A stretch of DNA of 45,398 nucleotides, taken from contig CAMCNF010000001.1 in the NCBI GenBank assembly GCA_945876115.1, positions 1-45,398 on the forward strand, given 5' to 3'. A program made the position numbers and the translations under genes. The notes beneath the pieces are model-generated. The model was not told where the DNA came from, did not search any database, and was given only the letters and a program-made list of their open reading frames with translations. Source of the stretch: Verrucomicrobia subdivision 6 bacterium (GTDB lineage Bacteria > Verrucomicrobiota > Verrucomicrobiia > Methylacidiphilales > Verrucolacustridaceae). Shown here piece after piece: positions 10,204 through 20,704 of the stretch (positions are counted from its first letter, which is position 1; the number at the start of each line of letters is the position of its first letter).

Positions 10204-10673
10204 CACATCCCTCTCTGCCCCCGCAACCAGCACGCCGTTTCTCCAACGGTTCCAGGCAAACCCGCTATCCTGCGTTCTGGACATATTTCAGCTAACAGCT
10301 CCATGACAAATCGTCGTTGCCCCATTCGCGGATGAGGAAGTTCTAAACGAGAAGTTCGCATCTTCATATCCCCCGCATAAAGCAGATCGAGATCCATCCG
10401 CCGTGGTTCGTTTCGTAATCGCAAAGTTCTACGGCCCCGCGACCGTTCGTAGTTTTGGGTTTGATCGAGTAGGCCCCCAATACGTCCCCCCCAAACAATC
10501 TCAGCAACCTGATTAAGAAAAGATGGGGATCCTGGCAAGCAATCCACCGGTTCCGTCTCAACTTCGGAACTAAATTTCGCCCCAGGATCGAAACCGCGCA
10601 ACCATCCGCGAGCCTTCGCCAATTCTGCAGAACGATCCCCCACATTCGATCCCAGCCCAATCCCGACCCGCAT
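10203..10673 (-). CDS. folK: 2-amino-4-hydroxy-6-hydroxymethyldihydropteridine diphosphokinase
   Basis: IGLGSNVG, FLNQV, PRRMDLDLL, LELPHPRM; start coupled to dapB stop. Confidence 0.93.
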   Translation of the reverse strand: MRVGIGLGSNVGDRSAELAKARGWLRGFDPGAKFSSEVETEPVDCLPGSPSFLNQVAEIVWGGRIGGLLDQTQNYERSRGRRTLRLRNEPRRMDLDLLYAGDMKMRTSRLELPHPRMGQRRFVMELLAEICPERRIAGLPGTVGETACWLRGQRGM

Positions 10674-11410
10674 CAGCTCAAACCAAGGACATCGACCATG
10701 CGATAGGCCTTCGCTGGCTTGCCCACTAGCCAATGTGCCGCTCGCAACGCCCCCCGTGCGAAAACATCTCGAGAACTAGCCCGGTGGATCAACTCGATTC
10801 TTTCCCCATCTCCCGCCAGCAAAACGGTGTGATCTCCCACCACATCTCCGCCACGAACCGCATGAACCCCAATCTCGTCTTCGGAACGCTCTCCAGGTTC
10901 CCCTGAACGACCGTGTCTCGCTACCACCTCCGCTTTTGTACGGCGCGCTTCCGCTAAGATCTCAACCAATCGCTTAGCGGTTCCACTGGGAGCATCCTTC
11001 TTCAGGCGGTGATGAATCTCAATCACCTCAGGATCAAACCCCTCGGGCAGTGCTTTGGCTGCCTGCTCCGTAAGATAAAAAAGAAGATTCACCCCAAGAG
11101 AAAAGTTAGGGGAAAGAATTAAAGGAACTTGGCGCGCCGCCGCGGCGATCAATCCTGTTTCCGCCTCGGTATGACCAGTTGTCCCGCAAACGTAGGCGAT
11201 CTTTAAGGCACAAACCTGTTTCAGAACCGATTCCGTGGCCGAGCGATGACTAAAATCGATGACTACTTGTGCCTTTGCCAAGACCCTGGCCATATCGTCC
11301 CCTTGATCGGCCTCCCCCACCACTTCGAAGCCCTTATCTTGACGCGCTAGAGCGAGAATGGCTTGCCCCATTCTTCCTTTCGCTCCGACCATGACTAGTT
11401 TAGTTGCCAT
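10673..11410 (-). CDS. dapB: 4-hydroxy-tetrahydrodipicolinate reductase
   Basis: GAKGRMG, GTTG, SPNFSLGVN, EIHHRLKKDAPSGTA. Confidence 0.97.
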   Translation of the reverse strand: MATKLVMVGAKGRMGQAILALARQDKGFEVVGEADQGDDMARVLAKAQVVIDFSHRSATESVLKQVCALKIAYVCGTTGHTEAETGLIAAAARQVPLILSPNFSLGVNLLFYLTEQAAKALPEGFDPEVIEIHHRLKKDAPSGTAKRLVEILAEARRTKAEVVARHGRSGEPGERSEDEIGVHAVRGGDVVGDHTVLLAGDGERIELIHRASSRDVFARGALRAAHWLVGKPAKAYRMVDVLGLS

Positions 11411-11430
11411 CGTGGTGTCCTGCGCTGAGA

Positions 11431-12306
11431 TTAGGTCAACCCAGCCTGTTTTAAAGTCGCAAAAAGCTTTTTTCTGTTTTCTTCCATCATTGGTACCAAG
11501 GGCAATCGCAGTTCATCTGCCAGCCAACCCTTTGCTGCCATCGCTGCCTTCACCGGTCCAGGATTGCTCTCGACAAATAAATCTCGGAAAACCGCCGCAT
11601 ATTTTCCATGCAACTCCTCCGCCTTCGCCCAATCCTTTTTTCTGGCCGCGTCCACTAGCGACTTAACCTCAGCAGGGATTAGATTCGAGGCAACGCTAAC
11701 CACCCCGACTGCCCCACGCTTCATAAACTCCACCGTCAACCCATCATCCCCGCTTGTCACCTCGAAAGTGGAAGGTACCACCTTTCGAATCGCATCTACC
11801 CGCTCCGCCTTACCTCCCGCCTCCTTGATCGCACAGATCGTCGGACACTCCTTCGCCAGTCGTCCGATCGTTTCCACCGTAATCTCCACCCCGCAACGTC
11901 CCGGCACGCTATAGAGCATGATCGGTAAGTCGACGGCTTGGGCAATCGCCCGAAAATGTTGAAACATCCCCTCAGGAGTCGGCTTGTTATAATACGGGGC
12001 GACCAGAAGAAGTGCATCCGCCTTGGCTTGGCATGCTCCCGTGGATAACTCAATCGCCTCCGCAGTGCTGTTCGATCCTGTCCCCGCGACCACTTTCGTC
12101 CTCTTTTTGGCAAACTGCACCGCCAACTCAATCACCCGAACATGCTCCTGCATATTCAGGGTCGGCGACTCGCCTGTCGTGCCCATCGGAATGATTCCCT
12201 CAATCCCTGCCGCCACTTGCCGCTCAATCAACGCTTCGAAAGCCTTAACATCCACTTGCCCATTGCGGAAAGGGGTAACTAGCGCGGTATAGGTTCCTTC
12301 AAACAT
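11431..12306 (-). CDS. dapA: 4-hydroxy-tetrahydrodipicolinate synthase
   Basis: ALVTPF, GTTGESPTL, PYYNKP, AIKEA; start MFEG (12306). Confidence 0.97.
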   Translation of the reverse strand: MFEGTYTALVTPFRNGQVDVKAFEALIERQVAAGIEGIIPMGTTGESPTLNMQEHVRVIELAVQFAKKRTKVVAGTGSNSTAEAIELSTGACQAKADALLLVAPYYNKPTPEGMFQHFRAIAQAVDLPIMLYSVPGRCGVEITVETIGRLAKECPTICAIKEAGGKAERVDAIRKVVPSTFEVTSGDDGLTVEFMKRGAVGVVSVASNLIPAEVKSLVDAARKKDWAKAEELHGKYAAVFRDLFVESNPGPVKAAMAAKGWLADELRLPLVPMMEENRKKLFATLKQAGLT

Positions 12307-13117
12307 AGAAGACTCCTTCATAAACGATTCGCGCAGGACCTTGCAGGGTAACTTTTCTTGGGCGCCCGTTCTCTAAAGTAAAGTTCACCGTCAAAACATC
12401 TCCGCCCCGGGTCAAAACCTTAACGGGAGGTTTCACCCCACGCCGGAGATTGGCTAAAATTGACGAAGCCACCACTCCCGTTCCGCAGGCCAGCGTCTCC
12501 GCCTCCACCCCACGCTCATAAGTACGTACCTCGATCCGATTTTTCCGGTTCACCGCGACAAAGTTCACGTTGGTGCCTGAGGGGGCAAAAGCGGAGTGGA
12601 GACGAATCGCCCGTCCACTCTTCACCACTTCGGCCGTTTCAACCGATCGAACGAACTCCACCACATGCGGTACTCCCGTGTTCAAAAAGTCCAACTTTAC
12701 TCGGCGCCCTGCGGCCGTGATCTCCTTACCCAATCGGGGTAGTCCAGGATCGGGCATCGAAACCCTCACCTCTTTACCTACCAAATCCAATAGAATCAGC
12801 CCTGCCTTGGTTTCGACCCTCAACCTTTGTCCGCGCCCTCCGGCGACCTCTTTCGCTAGCAAAGCAAAACAGCGTGCCCCATTCCCACACATCTCTGCTT
12901 CTCCACCATCTGCGTTGTAGTAACGCATTCGAAAATCAGCTCCTCGGCCGCGTGGCTTTTCCACCACCAGCACCCCGTCGGCTCCTGCCCCCCGTTGACG
13001 ATCACACCAAGCGGCAATCTTTTCCCGGCTCAATCCCAGGGGCTTACGACGACCGTCCAAACCAAGGAAATCGTTTCCCGCACCTTCCAACTTCCAGAAA
13101 GCAATCCTTCGGCTCAT
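12299..13117 (-). CDS. dapF: Diaminopimelate epimerase
   Basis: GAGNDF, EMCGNGARC, ERGVEAETLACGTG; start coupled to lysA stop. Confidence 0.97.
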   Translation of the reverse strand: MSRRIAFWKLEGAGNDFLGLDGRRKPLGLSREKIAAWCDRQRGAGADGVLVVEKPRGRGADFRMRYYNADGGEAEMCGNGARCFALLAKEVAGGRGQRLRVETKAGLILLDLVGKEVRVSMPDPGLPRLGKEITAAGRRVKLDFLNTGVPHVVEFVRSVETAEVVKSGRAIRLHSAFAPSGTNVNFVAVNRKNRIEVRTYERGVEAETLACGTGVVASSILANLRRGVKPPVKVLTRGGDVLTVNFTLENGRPRKVTLQGPARIVYEGVFYV

Positions 13118-14403
13118 GACTTCTTCTCTCCCCGCCAAAGATCGGCCACTTTTTCACGGGTTCGAATTACTCGCGCCCGATTTCCTTGGACCAGAATCTC
13201 GGCAGGACGAGGTCGTGTGTTGTAGTTGGAGCTCATCGAAAAACCATAGGCCCCTGCGCTGAGAATCGCCAACCGATCTCCTCGGTCTACTGGTGAGATA
13301 CCTCGATCATGGCAAAAAACATCGCCCGACTCACAGACAGGACCCACCACATCGGTCGAGACCGTTCCCTTCCGAGGACTCCCCACTGGCTCAATCTGGT
13401 GGTACGCCTCATAGAGGGCTGGCCGAAGCAGATCATTCATGCCCGCATCCACGATGACAAAGTTCTTCCGCCCCGTTCTCTTGCGATAAAGGACCTCAGT
13501 CACCAGCACCCCTGCATTGCCGACCAAGAATCGCCCAGGTTCCAGTAGAATCTTCATCTTGAGATCCTTCAAAAGAGGCACGACCGAATCCGCATACTCC
13601 GACAAGGGAATCGCCTTTTGCGCCTGACGCGTCTTCCACCAACCTTGGCGCCCACTCGCCAGAGCATCTTCGTAAACAATCCCCACGCCCCCCCCGATGT
13701 CGAAGTACTCCAAGCCGTGCTCTTTCTTGAGCTGCTTGACCAACGGGATCATTTTACGGACGGCGGCCCGAAAAGGAGCTCCCTGGGTAATCTGTGAGCC
13801 GATATGCATCTGCACTCCACGAAGGCAGAGTCGCCTATCCTTTCCTGCTCTTCGATAAATCGAAACCACTTCCTCAAAAGGAATGCCAAACTTATTTGCG
13901 TAGGTCCCCGTAGTAATCTTGGCGTGCCCACCCGCCGCAATATCCGGATTCACCCTTAAGGCGATGGGGGCTCTGCGTCTTGCTTTGCGACCTGCCACCA
14001 TCGCAATCCGGTCCATCTCTTCTTCACTTTCCACATGGAAAGCCTTCACCCCATAGCGGAGTCCAAGCTCAATCTCCTCGTCCGTCTTGCCCACCCCGGC
14101 AAAAACACACTTGGCGGATTGGCCTCCAGCTTGTTGCACTCGTTCCAGTTCTCCTCCACTGACCACATCGAATCCGCTCCCCAATCGCGCCAAAAGGGAA
14201 AGAATGGCCAAATTACTATTGGCCTTAACGGAGTAGCAAATCAGCGGGTCCACCGCCCGAAGCGCCTGACGCAGTCCCCGGTAATGGTCCGAAATAGTTC
14301 CCGCTGAATAAACATAAAGTGGCGTTCCAAAGCGGTCCGCCAGACCATTTAGGCTTACTCCTTCCGCATAAAGTTTCCCGCCCTTCCGCTGAAAGCGATG
14401 CAT
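13114..14403 (-). CDS. lysA: Diaminopimelate decarboxylase
   Basis: YSVKANSN (PLP Lys), HIGSQ, EPGRFLV, GPVCESGD, MSSNYN. Confidence 0.97.
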   Translation of the reverse strand: MHRFQRKGGKLYAEGVSLNGLADRFGTPLYVYSAGTISDHYRGLRQALRAVDPLICYSVKANSNLAILSLLARLGSGFDVVSGGELERVQQAGGQSAKCVFAGVGKTDEEIELGLRYGVKAFHVESEEEMDRIAMVAGRKARRRAPIALRVNPDIAAGGHAKITTGTYANKFGIPFEEVVSIYRRAGKDRRLCLRGVQMHIGSQITQGAPFRAAVRKMIPLVKQLKKEHGLEYFDIGGGVGIVYEDALASGRQGWWKTRQAQKAIPLSEYADSVVPLLKDLKMKILLEPGRFLVGNAGVLVTEVLYRKRTGRKNFVIVDAGMNDLLRPALYEAYHQIEPVGSPRKGTVSTDVVGPVCESGDVFCHDRGISPVDRGDRLAILSAGAYGFSMSSNYNTRPRPAEILVQGNRARVIRTREKVADLWRGEKKS

Positions 14404-14451
14404 GTCATCACCTTACCTATTCGCCCCCGCATGGGGAACCATAAAGCCAAC

Positions 14452-14473
14452 GTGTCAGACACGTGTCTGGCAC
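14452..14473. repeat. 22-bp near-perfect palindrome at the end of the transposase remnant
   Basis: GTGTCAGACAC|GTGTCTGGCAC; perfect 14-bp core CAGACACGTGTCTG. Confidence 0.8.
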
Positions 14474-14724
14474 CACATGGAAAAGCCCGCTGTACAGGAA
14501 GAGCCCGTTAGCAGCCAGGGCGTGTTGCGCTGGAGCTCGGCCAGGCACCGGTGGGCAATGCGGTAAAGTTCCTTAATGAGCCCGCGATGAAATCGAAAAT
14601 ACGAGCGGAGCACCTTGGAGATCGTGAACGTGAAATGTCGGTGCGGCAGGGGCGCAAGGAAGGTCACGGCCAGTAGTGCACTGAAAAGCTGCACCTTCTT
14701 CTGGAGGCACGATGGGCAGAACCA
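14455..14724 (-). pseudogene. IS91-family (rolling-circle HUH) transposase remnant with internal deletion/frameshift
   Basis: Frame 1 from 14724: WFCPSCLQKK...PHRHFTFTISKVLRSYF (zinc-binding domain and following motif); second frame from 14524: HALAANGLFLYSGLFHVVP (last His of HUH region); no start, no termini seen. Confidence 0.78.
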
Positions 14725-15081
14725 TTATTTAGTGCATTGAGATTTAGATGGGCCACAGATTCCGAAGGGGTGGAATGTAGGAGTGTTAATTCCATTTCTT
14801 GTTCTAGTCCAATCGTTGCTTTCCTTACTTCTCAATGTTTCTTTAATCAAGGTGTCGTTCTGCCTGTTGTAAGTGCTATTTGTTGCTTTGTTTTGTTTAA
14901 TTGCTCCGCCCTCAGTAGCGTCTTCGTTTTTGAAAACCCACCCACCCTCATAGACCCGGCCTTCTTCTGCGAATCCACAAGAAACTAAAGATAAGAATAA
15001 TATAATTTTGCCGATAGGAAATCGCCTTCCACCTACAGGGGCGTTTGCCCCACGTTTGAATTTGGAAATGATTATTCCCAT
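14725..15081 (-). CDS. AT-rich hypothetical protein (ORFan), possibly exported
   Basis: 118-aa ORF, hydrophobic stretch IILFLSLVSCGFA; promoter-like motif 6 nt upstream. Confidence 0.5.
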   Translation of the reverse strand: MGIIISKFKRGANAPVGGRRFPIGKIILFLSLVSCGFAEEGRVYEGGWVFKNEDATEGGAIKQNKATNSTYNRQNDTLIKETLRSKESNDWTRTRNGINTPTFHPFGICGPSKSQCTK

Positions 15082-15087
15082 GCTTAA

Positions 15088-15116
15088 AGACTGGCAGGTC
15101 GAGTTTTGAATTTCAA
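15088..15116 (-). promoter_or_regulatory. Putative leaderless promoter for the ORFan
   Basis: TTGAAA-N17-CAGTCT-N6-ATG(15081). Confidence 0.4.
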
Positions 15117-15183
15117 GCGCCCACCCTTCCGCTGACTAGATAAAGCCAGCTTCTCTGGCAACGTGTCTTTGGGTAGTTATCCA

Positions 15184-15212
15184 TTGACGCCCGACCGTAA
15201 TGCTTCAACCCT
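15184..15212 (+). promoter_or_regulatory. Putative leaderless promoter for the EVE gene
   Basis: TTGACG-N17-AACCCT-N7-ATG(15220). Confidence 0.45.
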
Positions 15213-15219
15213 GCTCTTC

Positions 15220-15627
15220 ATGTCCCCTTGGCTGGTTAAACAGGAGCCCTCCTCCTACCCTTTCTCTCAACTCCTCAAAGATAAAAAGGTGGCCTGGGAT
15301 GGTGTACGCAACTACCAAGCCCGAAATTTCCTCCGCCAAATGAAACTTGGCGATCCTGTCCTCTACTACCACAGCGTGGATCAGCGGGCCATCGTCGGCC
15401 TAGCCAAAATCACAAAGATCGCCTTCCCCGACCCCACCTCACCGCAGGGAGAAGAGTGGACCTCGGTCGTACTCTCGGCCGTGCGCGCGTTCTCCCAGCC
15501 GGTGACGCTTGATCAACTGAAGGCCGATAAGAAATTCTCTGAACTCCTTCTTCTCCGCCAATCCCGTCTCTCCGTTATGCCTATCCCCGCAAACCTTTTT
15601 TCCACCATCGTTCGACTGGGAACCTAA
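15220..15627 (+). CDS. EVE domain protein (PUA-like, modified nucleic acid binding)
   Basis: WLVKQEP, WDGVRNYQARNFL, GDPVLYYHS, RQSRLSVMP; start reassigned to ATG 15220. Confidence 0.93.
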   Translation: MSPWLVKQEPSSYPFSQLLKDKKVAWDGVRNYQARNFLRQMKLGDPVLYYHSVDQRAIVGLAKITKIAFPDPTSPQGEEWTSVVLSAVRAFSQPVTLDQLKADKKFSELLLLRQSRLSVMPIPANLFSTIVRLGT

Positions 15628-15690
15628 GCCCACACTACTCTTCCCTCACCCCCGCCTTCACCTCACCCCGTTGCCTCTCTTGGAATTTTC

Positions 15691-16536
15691 TTAGGCCTTA
15701 AAGTCCCGCTGTTGCAGGATGGCCAATCCGACCAAGGCAAAGGTGACGTTGAGTGCCCCCAGCCAAGTGACGTCCTCGGCAATCCGCCACCAGGGAATGT
15801 GATATTCAAAAACCCGCAGCCACAAGGTCATGTGGGTGGTCATAAACCACCCGCGTAGACTCTCAAAATATGGAATACTCCGAAAGATCGAGTCGAAGAA
15901 AAATATCGATAAGGTCAAAATCGTGGCGGCTGCCGGCTTCATCTCGCAGCAAGAAAAGAGGAAACCTAGGCTGGTGATACTCACCAACCCGAAGCCCAGC
16001 AAAGGCAAAGCGCCCAGATAACGCCAGAGCCCCGGCCACGCCTCGTGCATGGCCAAAAGCTGCTCCAGCGGGGCAATGGCAAAAAGACCGCCCCACCCAC
16101 AGTAGAGTAACCCCGCGACCAAGGCCGTTATGCCGATAAAAAAGGTCAGGGCGAAAGTATAGAGCACGCATGCGGCATACTTCAAAAAACCCACCCGCAG
16201 CCGAGAAATGGGCCGGCAAAGAATCATGCGCAAGGTGCCGTCTTCCACTTCCTTCGCCACGACATCGCCCGCCACCAGCGCAAGATAAAGCGCACCCAGC
16301 AGAAAGGTCGTCCACATGAGCATGAGCAGGCCCAAGGTGGCGCCAGAGAAATACTGGTCGAAACCATAGCCGTTTTGCTCAATCAACTTCCGGAAGCCCG
16401 CTTTCGGCTTGGGCAGGTTCAGGAGCAGAAGCAGGAGGATTTCCACCGCGACGAAGGCGGCAAACCCTAAGTAGGTCCGTTTGCGGGCAAAGAGTTTATG
16501 CAACTCGTTGCGCATTTGCAGAAAGAATAGGCTCAT
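15691..16536 (-). CDS. ABC-2 type transporter permease
   Basis: Six hydrophobic segments; AGDVVAKEVEDGTLRMILCRPISR motif; ATGA overlap with ATPase. Confidence 0.9.
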   Translation of the reverse strand: MSLFFLQMRNELHKLFARKRTYLGFAAFVAVEILLLLLLNLPKPKAGFRKLIEQNGYGFDQYFSGATLGLLMLMWTTFLLGALYLALVAGDVVAKEVEDGTLRMILCRPISRLRVGFLKYAACVLYTFALTFFIGITALVAGLLYCGWGGLFAIAPLEQLLAMHEAWPGLWRYLGALPLLGFGLVSITSLGFLFSCCEMKPAAATILTLSIFFFDSIFRSIPYFESLRGWFMTTHMTLWLRVFEYHIPWWRIAEDVTWLGALNVTFALVGLAILQQRDFKA

Positions 16537-17429
16537 GCGCGCTTCGCGGCCGAAATGGCCTTCAAATAGATGTCTTCAAGATTTCGGCGAAGGGGTTCGA
16601 TCGCTCGAATCCGCACACCCCCTTTGACCAAAGCAGAAACCACGTCGGCCATGTCTCCCCCCGGTGCCAGTGAGATAGTTTCTGCCGTCGGCCGAGTTAC
16701 CCTTAGTTTTTGCAAAATGCCATCCGCTTTTTTCCAGTCATCCACTTCCAAACGGTGGACCGGAGAAGGGTCGGCCGTGAGTTCATTCCAGCGTCCCTCG
16801 AAAATCAGGCGCCCCTGATTCAATATTGCTACGCGATCGCAAAGTTGCTCCACCTCGGCCAGCAAATGGGAGGAGAGAACGACGGTCATCCCCCGCTCAC
16901 GGTTCAGACGAACAATCAGCTTACGCATCTCGTAAATACCCTCGGGATCGAGACCTTCGGCCGGCTCATCCAACAGAATAAGGTCCGGACGGGGCAACAA
17001 CGCCTGCGCCAAAGCCAGGCGCTGTCGCATGCCATGGCTATAAACCCAAACTGGATCGTGAATGCGCTTTTCCAATCCGGTGAAGCGCACCGCCTCGCGC
17101 AATTCCTCATCCGGTAGACGAGCGGAGTAGCTCGTCAGGATCCGCAGGTTATCCCAGCCACTCAGGTAATCGTGAAAGGCGGGCTCCTCGAAAATCGCTC
17201 CGACTTTGTTGAGCGCCTTCTGCCGATTTTGTTGCACGGAAACCCCCCGAATAAAAGCTTCACCCGACGTCGGGTATATTTGTCCGAGCAACATTCCGAG
17301 CGTCGTGCTTTTACCCGCCCCGTTGTGGCCGAGCAGGCCGAAGATTTCGCCCTGGCGAATTTCCAGTGACAAGTCCTCCAAAGCGACGCGCTTTTTAAAT
17401 GTTTTGCTAAGGTGCTCAAGTCGGATCAT
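16533..17429 (-). CDS. ABC transporter ATP-binding protein (BcrA/CcmA-like)
   Basis: Walker A GHNGAGKST, signature YSHGMRQR, Walker B ILLDEP, SSHLL. Confidence 0.95.
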   Translation of the reverse strand: MIRLEHLSKTFKKRVALEDLSLEIRQGEIFGLLGHNGAGKSTTLGMLLGQIYPTSGEAFIRGVSVQQNRQKALNKVGAIFEEPAFHDYLSGWDNLRILTSYSARLPDEELREAVRFTGLEKRIHDPVWVYSHGMRQRLALAQALLPRPDLILLDEPAEGLDPEGIYEMRKLIVRLNRERGMTVVLSSHLLAEVEQLCDRVAILNQGRLIFEGRWNELTADPSPVHRLEVDDWKKADGILQKLRVTRPTAETISLAPGGDMADVVSALVKGGVRIRAIEPLRRNLEDIYLKAISAAKRA

Positions 17430-17437
17430 GACAATGT

Positions 17438-17965
17438 TTAGGGGGTGGTTGTGAAATTAAGTCCTTGGTTAATCCGGCCGTCGGCCGTGAGAATATTCAC
17501 TTTATTTTCGCGATAAGTATGAAATCCCTCCTTGTCCGCTAAAATGGGGATGGTGGTGGTGGTGGTATTGTTCATGAAATTTAAATTTAAAATAGACTGG
17601 CCATTGAGAGCGCTGTTCCAATGGTAGCTTGTGCCCGTCGTCTGGGCAAAATTACCAGTGTCGGCCGGGCAGGAAAAAATGCGCCCATCGGGGGCATACT
17701 CTTTCAGCTTGGTGTCGATCACGTCCACCTGCTCGCTCTTTTGCGATCGCCCTGCTGCCAGCACTGGCATGGTCTGGTTGTGCTCGCCGAGGTACAGATT
17801 TAGGGCCATGCCGAGTTGCCGAAGATTCCCAAGGCAAGCGGTGGAGCGTCCTTTTTGGACCATGCGCAGGGATACGGGCACGGCGAGGGCCGCCAAGAGA
17901 GCGATCACCCCAATCACCACCAGCATTTCGACTAGGGTGAAGGCGCTTTTTTTTAACGCAGGGAT
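17438..17965 (-). CDS. Prepilin-type N-terminal cleavage/methylation protein with C-terminal H-X9-DG-like motif (PVC type); probable non-canonical ATC start
   Basis: In-frame (I/M)PALKKSA-FTLVEMLVVIGVIALLAALAVP upstream of the track's start; CLGNLRQLG, FSCPAD, SYHWN, H..NILTADG; AGAGGA 7 nt before ATC 17965. Confidence 0.8.
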   Translation of the reverse strand: MPALKKSAFTLVEMLVVIGVIALLAALAVPVSLRMVQKGRSTACLGNLRQLGMALNLYLGEHNQTMPVLAAGRSQKSEQVDVIDTKLKEYAPDGRIFSCPADTGNFAQTTGTSYHWNSALNGQSILNLNFMNNTTTTTIPILADKEGFHTYRENKVNILTADGRINQGLNFTTTP

Positions 17966-18510
17966 TGTAAATTCCTCTGCATTTGTTCGATCAAAGGAGC
18001 GAGATCGAGTTTTGCGTTGGCGCTGGCTTCGGAATAGAAGGTGTTCAGTCCCTGATTGACCATTTTTTGCACCAGCTGTTCGTTCAAGCCAGCCGGCGGG
18101 GCCTCGCCTTGGCGTTTTTTGGCTTCCGCCAAGGCACGATTTACAAAATCTTTACGCTTCTCCGGCTCCATTTTGTTGAAAGCCTCCATGATCTGCTTAA
18201 ACCCCGCTGGGAGGGTGGCGTCGAGAAAGGCCGCCTGCTCCGCTGGGGTCAAGCTTATGAAGAAATCCCGTGTGACCCCGTCCCCCTGCAGGGCTTGCCG
18301 ATCCTCCAAGTTCAGCCCGTTCAGCATATCGCCAACGCGGGTGATGATTTTGGCTCGCTTCGCTCCCGTCTCCATAGCGAGCGGATGTTGCCCAAGGTAA
18401 ACCGTGAGGGATTGCGCCGTCGGACGGGCCTGTCGCACCCCATAAATGATGCCCCCGGCCATCGCCCAGACGAGGACAAGAGCAACTAGAACGTTTCGCC
18501 AAAATTTCAT
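17953..18510 (-). CDS. Hypothetical N-terminally membrane-anchored helical protein
   Basis: One N-terminal TM segment, helical body; first gene of the prepilin-ABC operon. Confidence 0.75.
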   Translation of the reverse strand: MKFWRNVLVALVLVWAMAGGIIYGVRQARPTAQSLTVYLGQHPLAMETGAKRAKIITRVGDMLNGLNLEDRQALQGDGVTRDFFISLTPAEQAAFLDATLPAGFKQIMEAFNKMEPEKRKDFVNRALAEAKKRQGEAPPAGLNEQLVQKMVNQGLNTFYSEASANAKLDLAPLIEQMQRNLQSLR

Positions 18511-18632
18511 GCAGGGTGCAACTTGCCACAGTTTGGGAAAAAGGCCACGCCTGCCCGCTAAAAGGTCTTGGCCTAGGGGCTTAGTAAAGTGGAATCATCA
18601 CCTCCAGCTCCCCCATCCCCCCTACTTGCCTT

Positions 18633-20656
<2,024 letters not shown>

Positions 20657-20661
20657 CTCAA

Positions 20662-20690
20662 AGCCTAACCGCTCCGCTCCCCTATTCCAG
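20662..20690 (-). promoter_or_regulatory. Putative promoter of the riboswitch-thiC transcript
   Basis: CTGGAA-N17-TAGGCT; predicted +1 near 20655. Confidence 0.45.
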
Positions 20691-20704
20691 TTTTTTTCCC
20701 GCAG

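Noticed and set aside
15220-15627. EVE protein as part of a modification-dependent defence system
   Set aside because: Stand-alone EVE with no nuclease or toxin partner nearby; ordinary widespread form
17552-17566. (GGT)5 microsatellite encoding TTTTT in the prepilin protein
   Set aside because: In-frame and short; no evidence of phase variation
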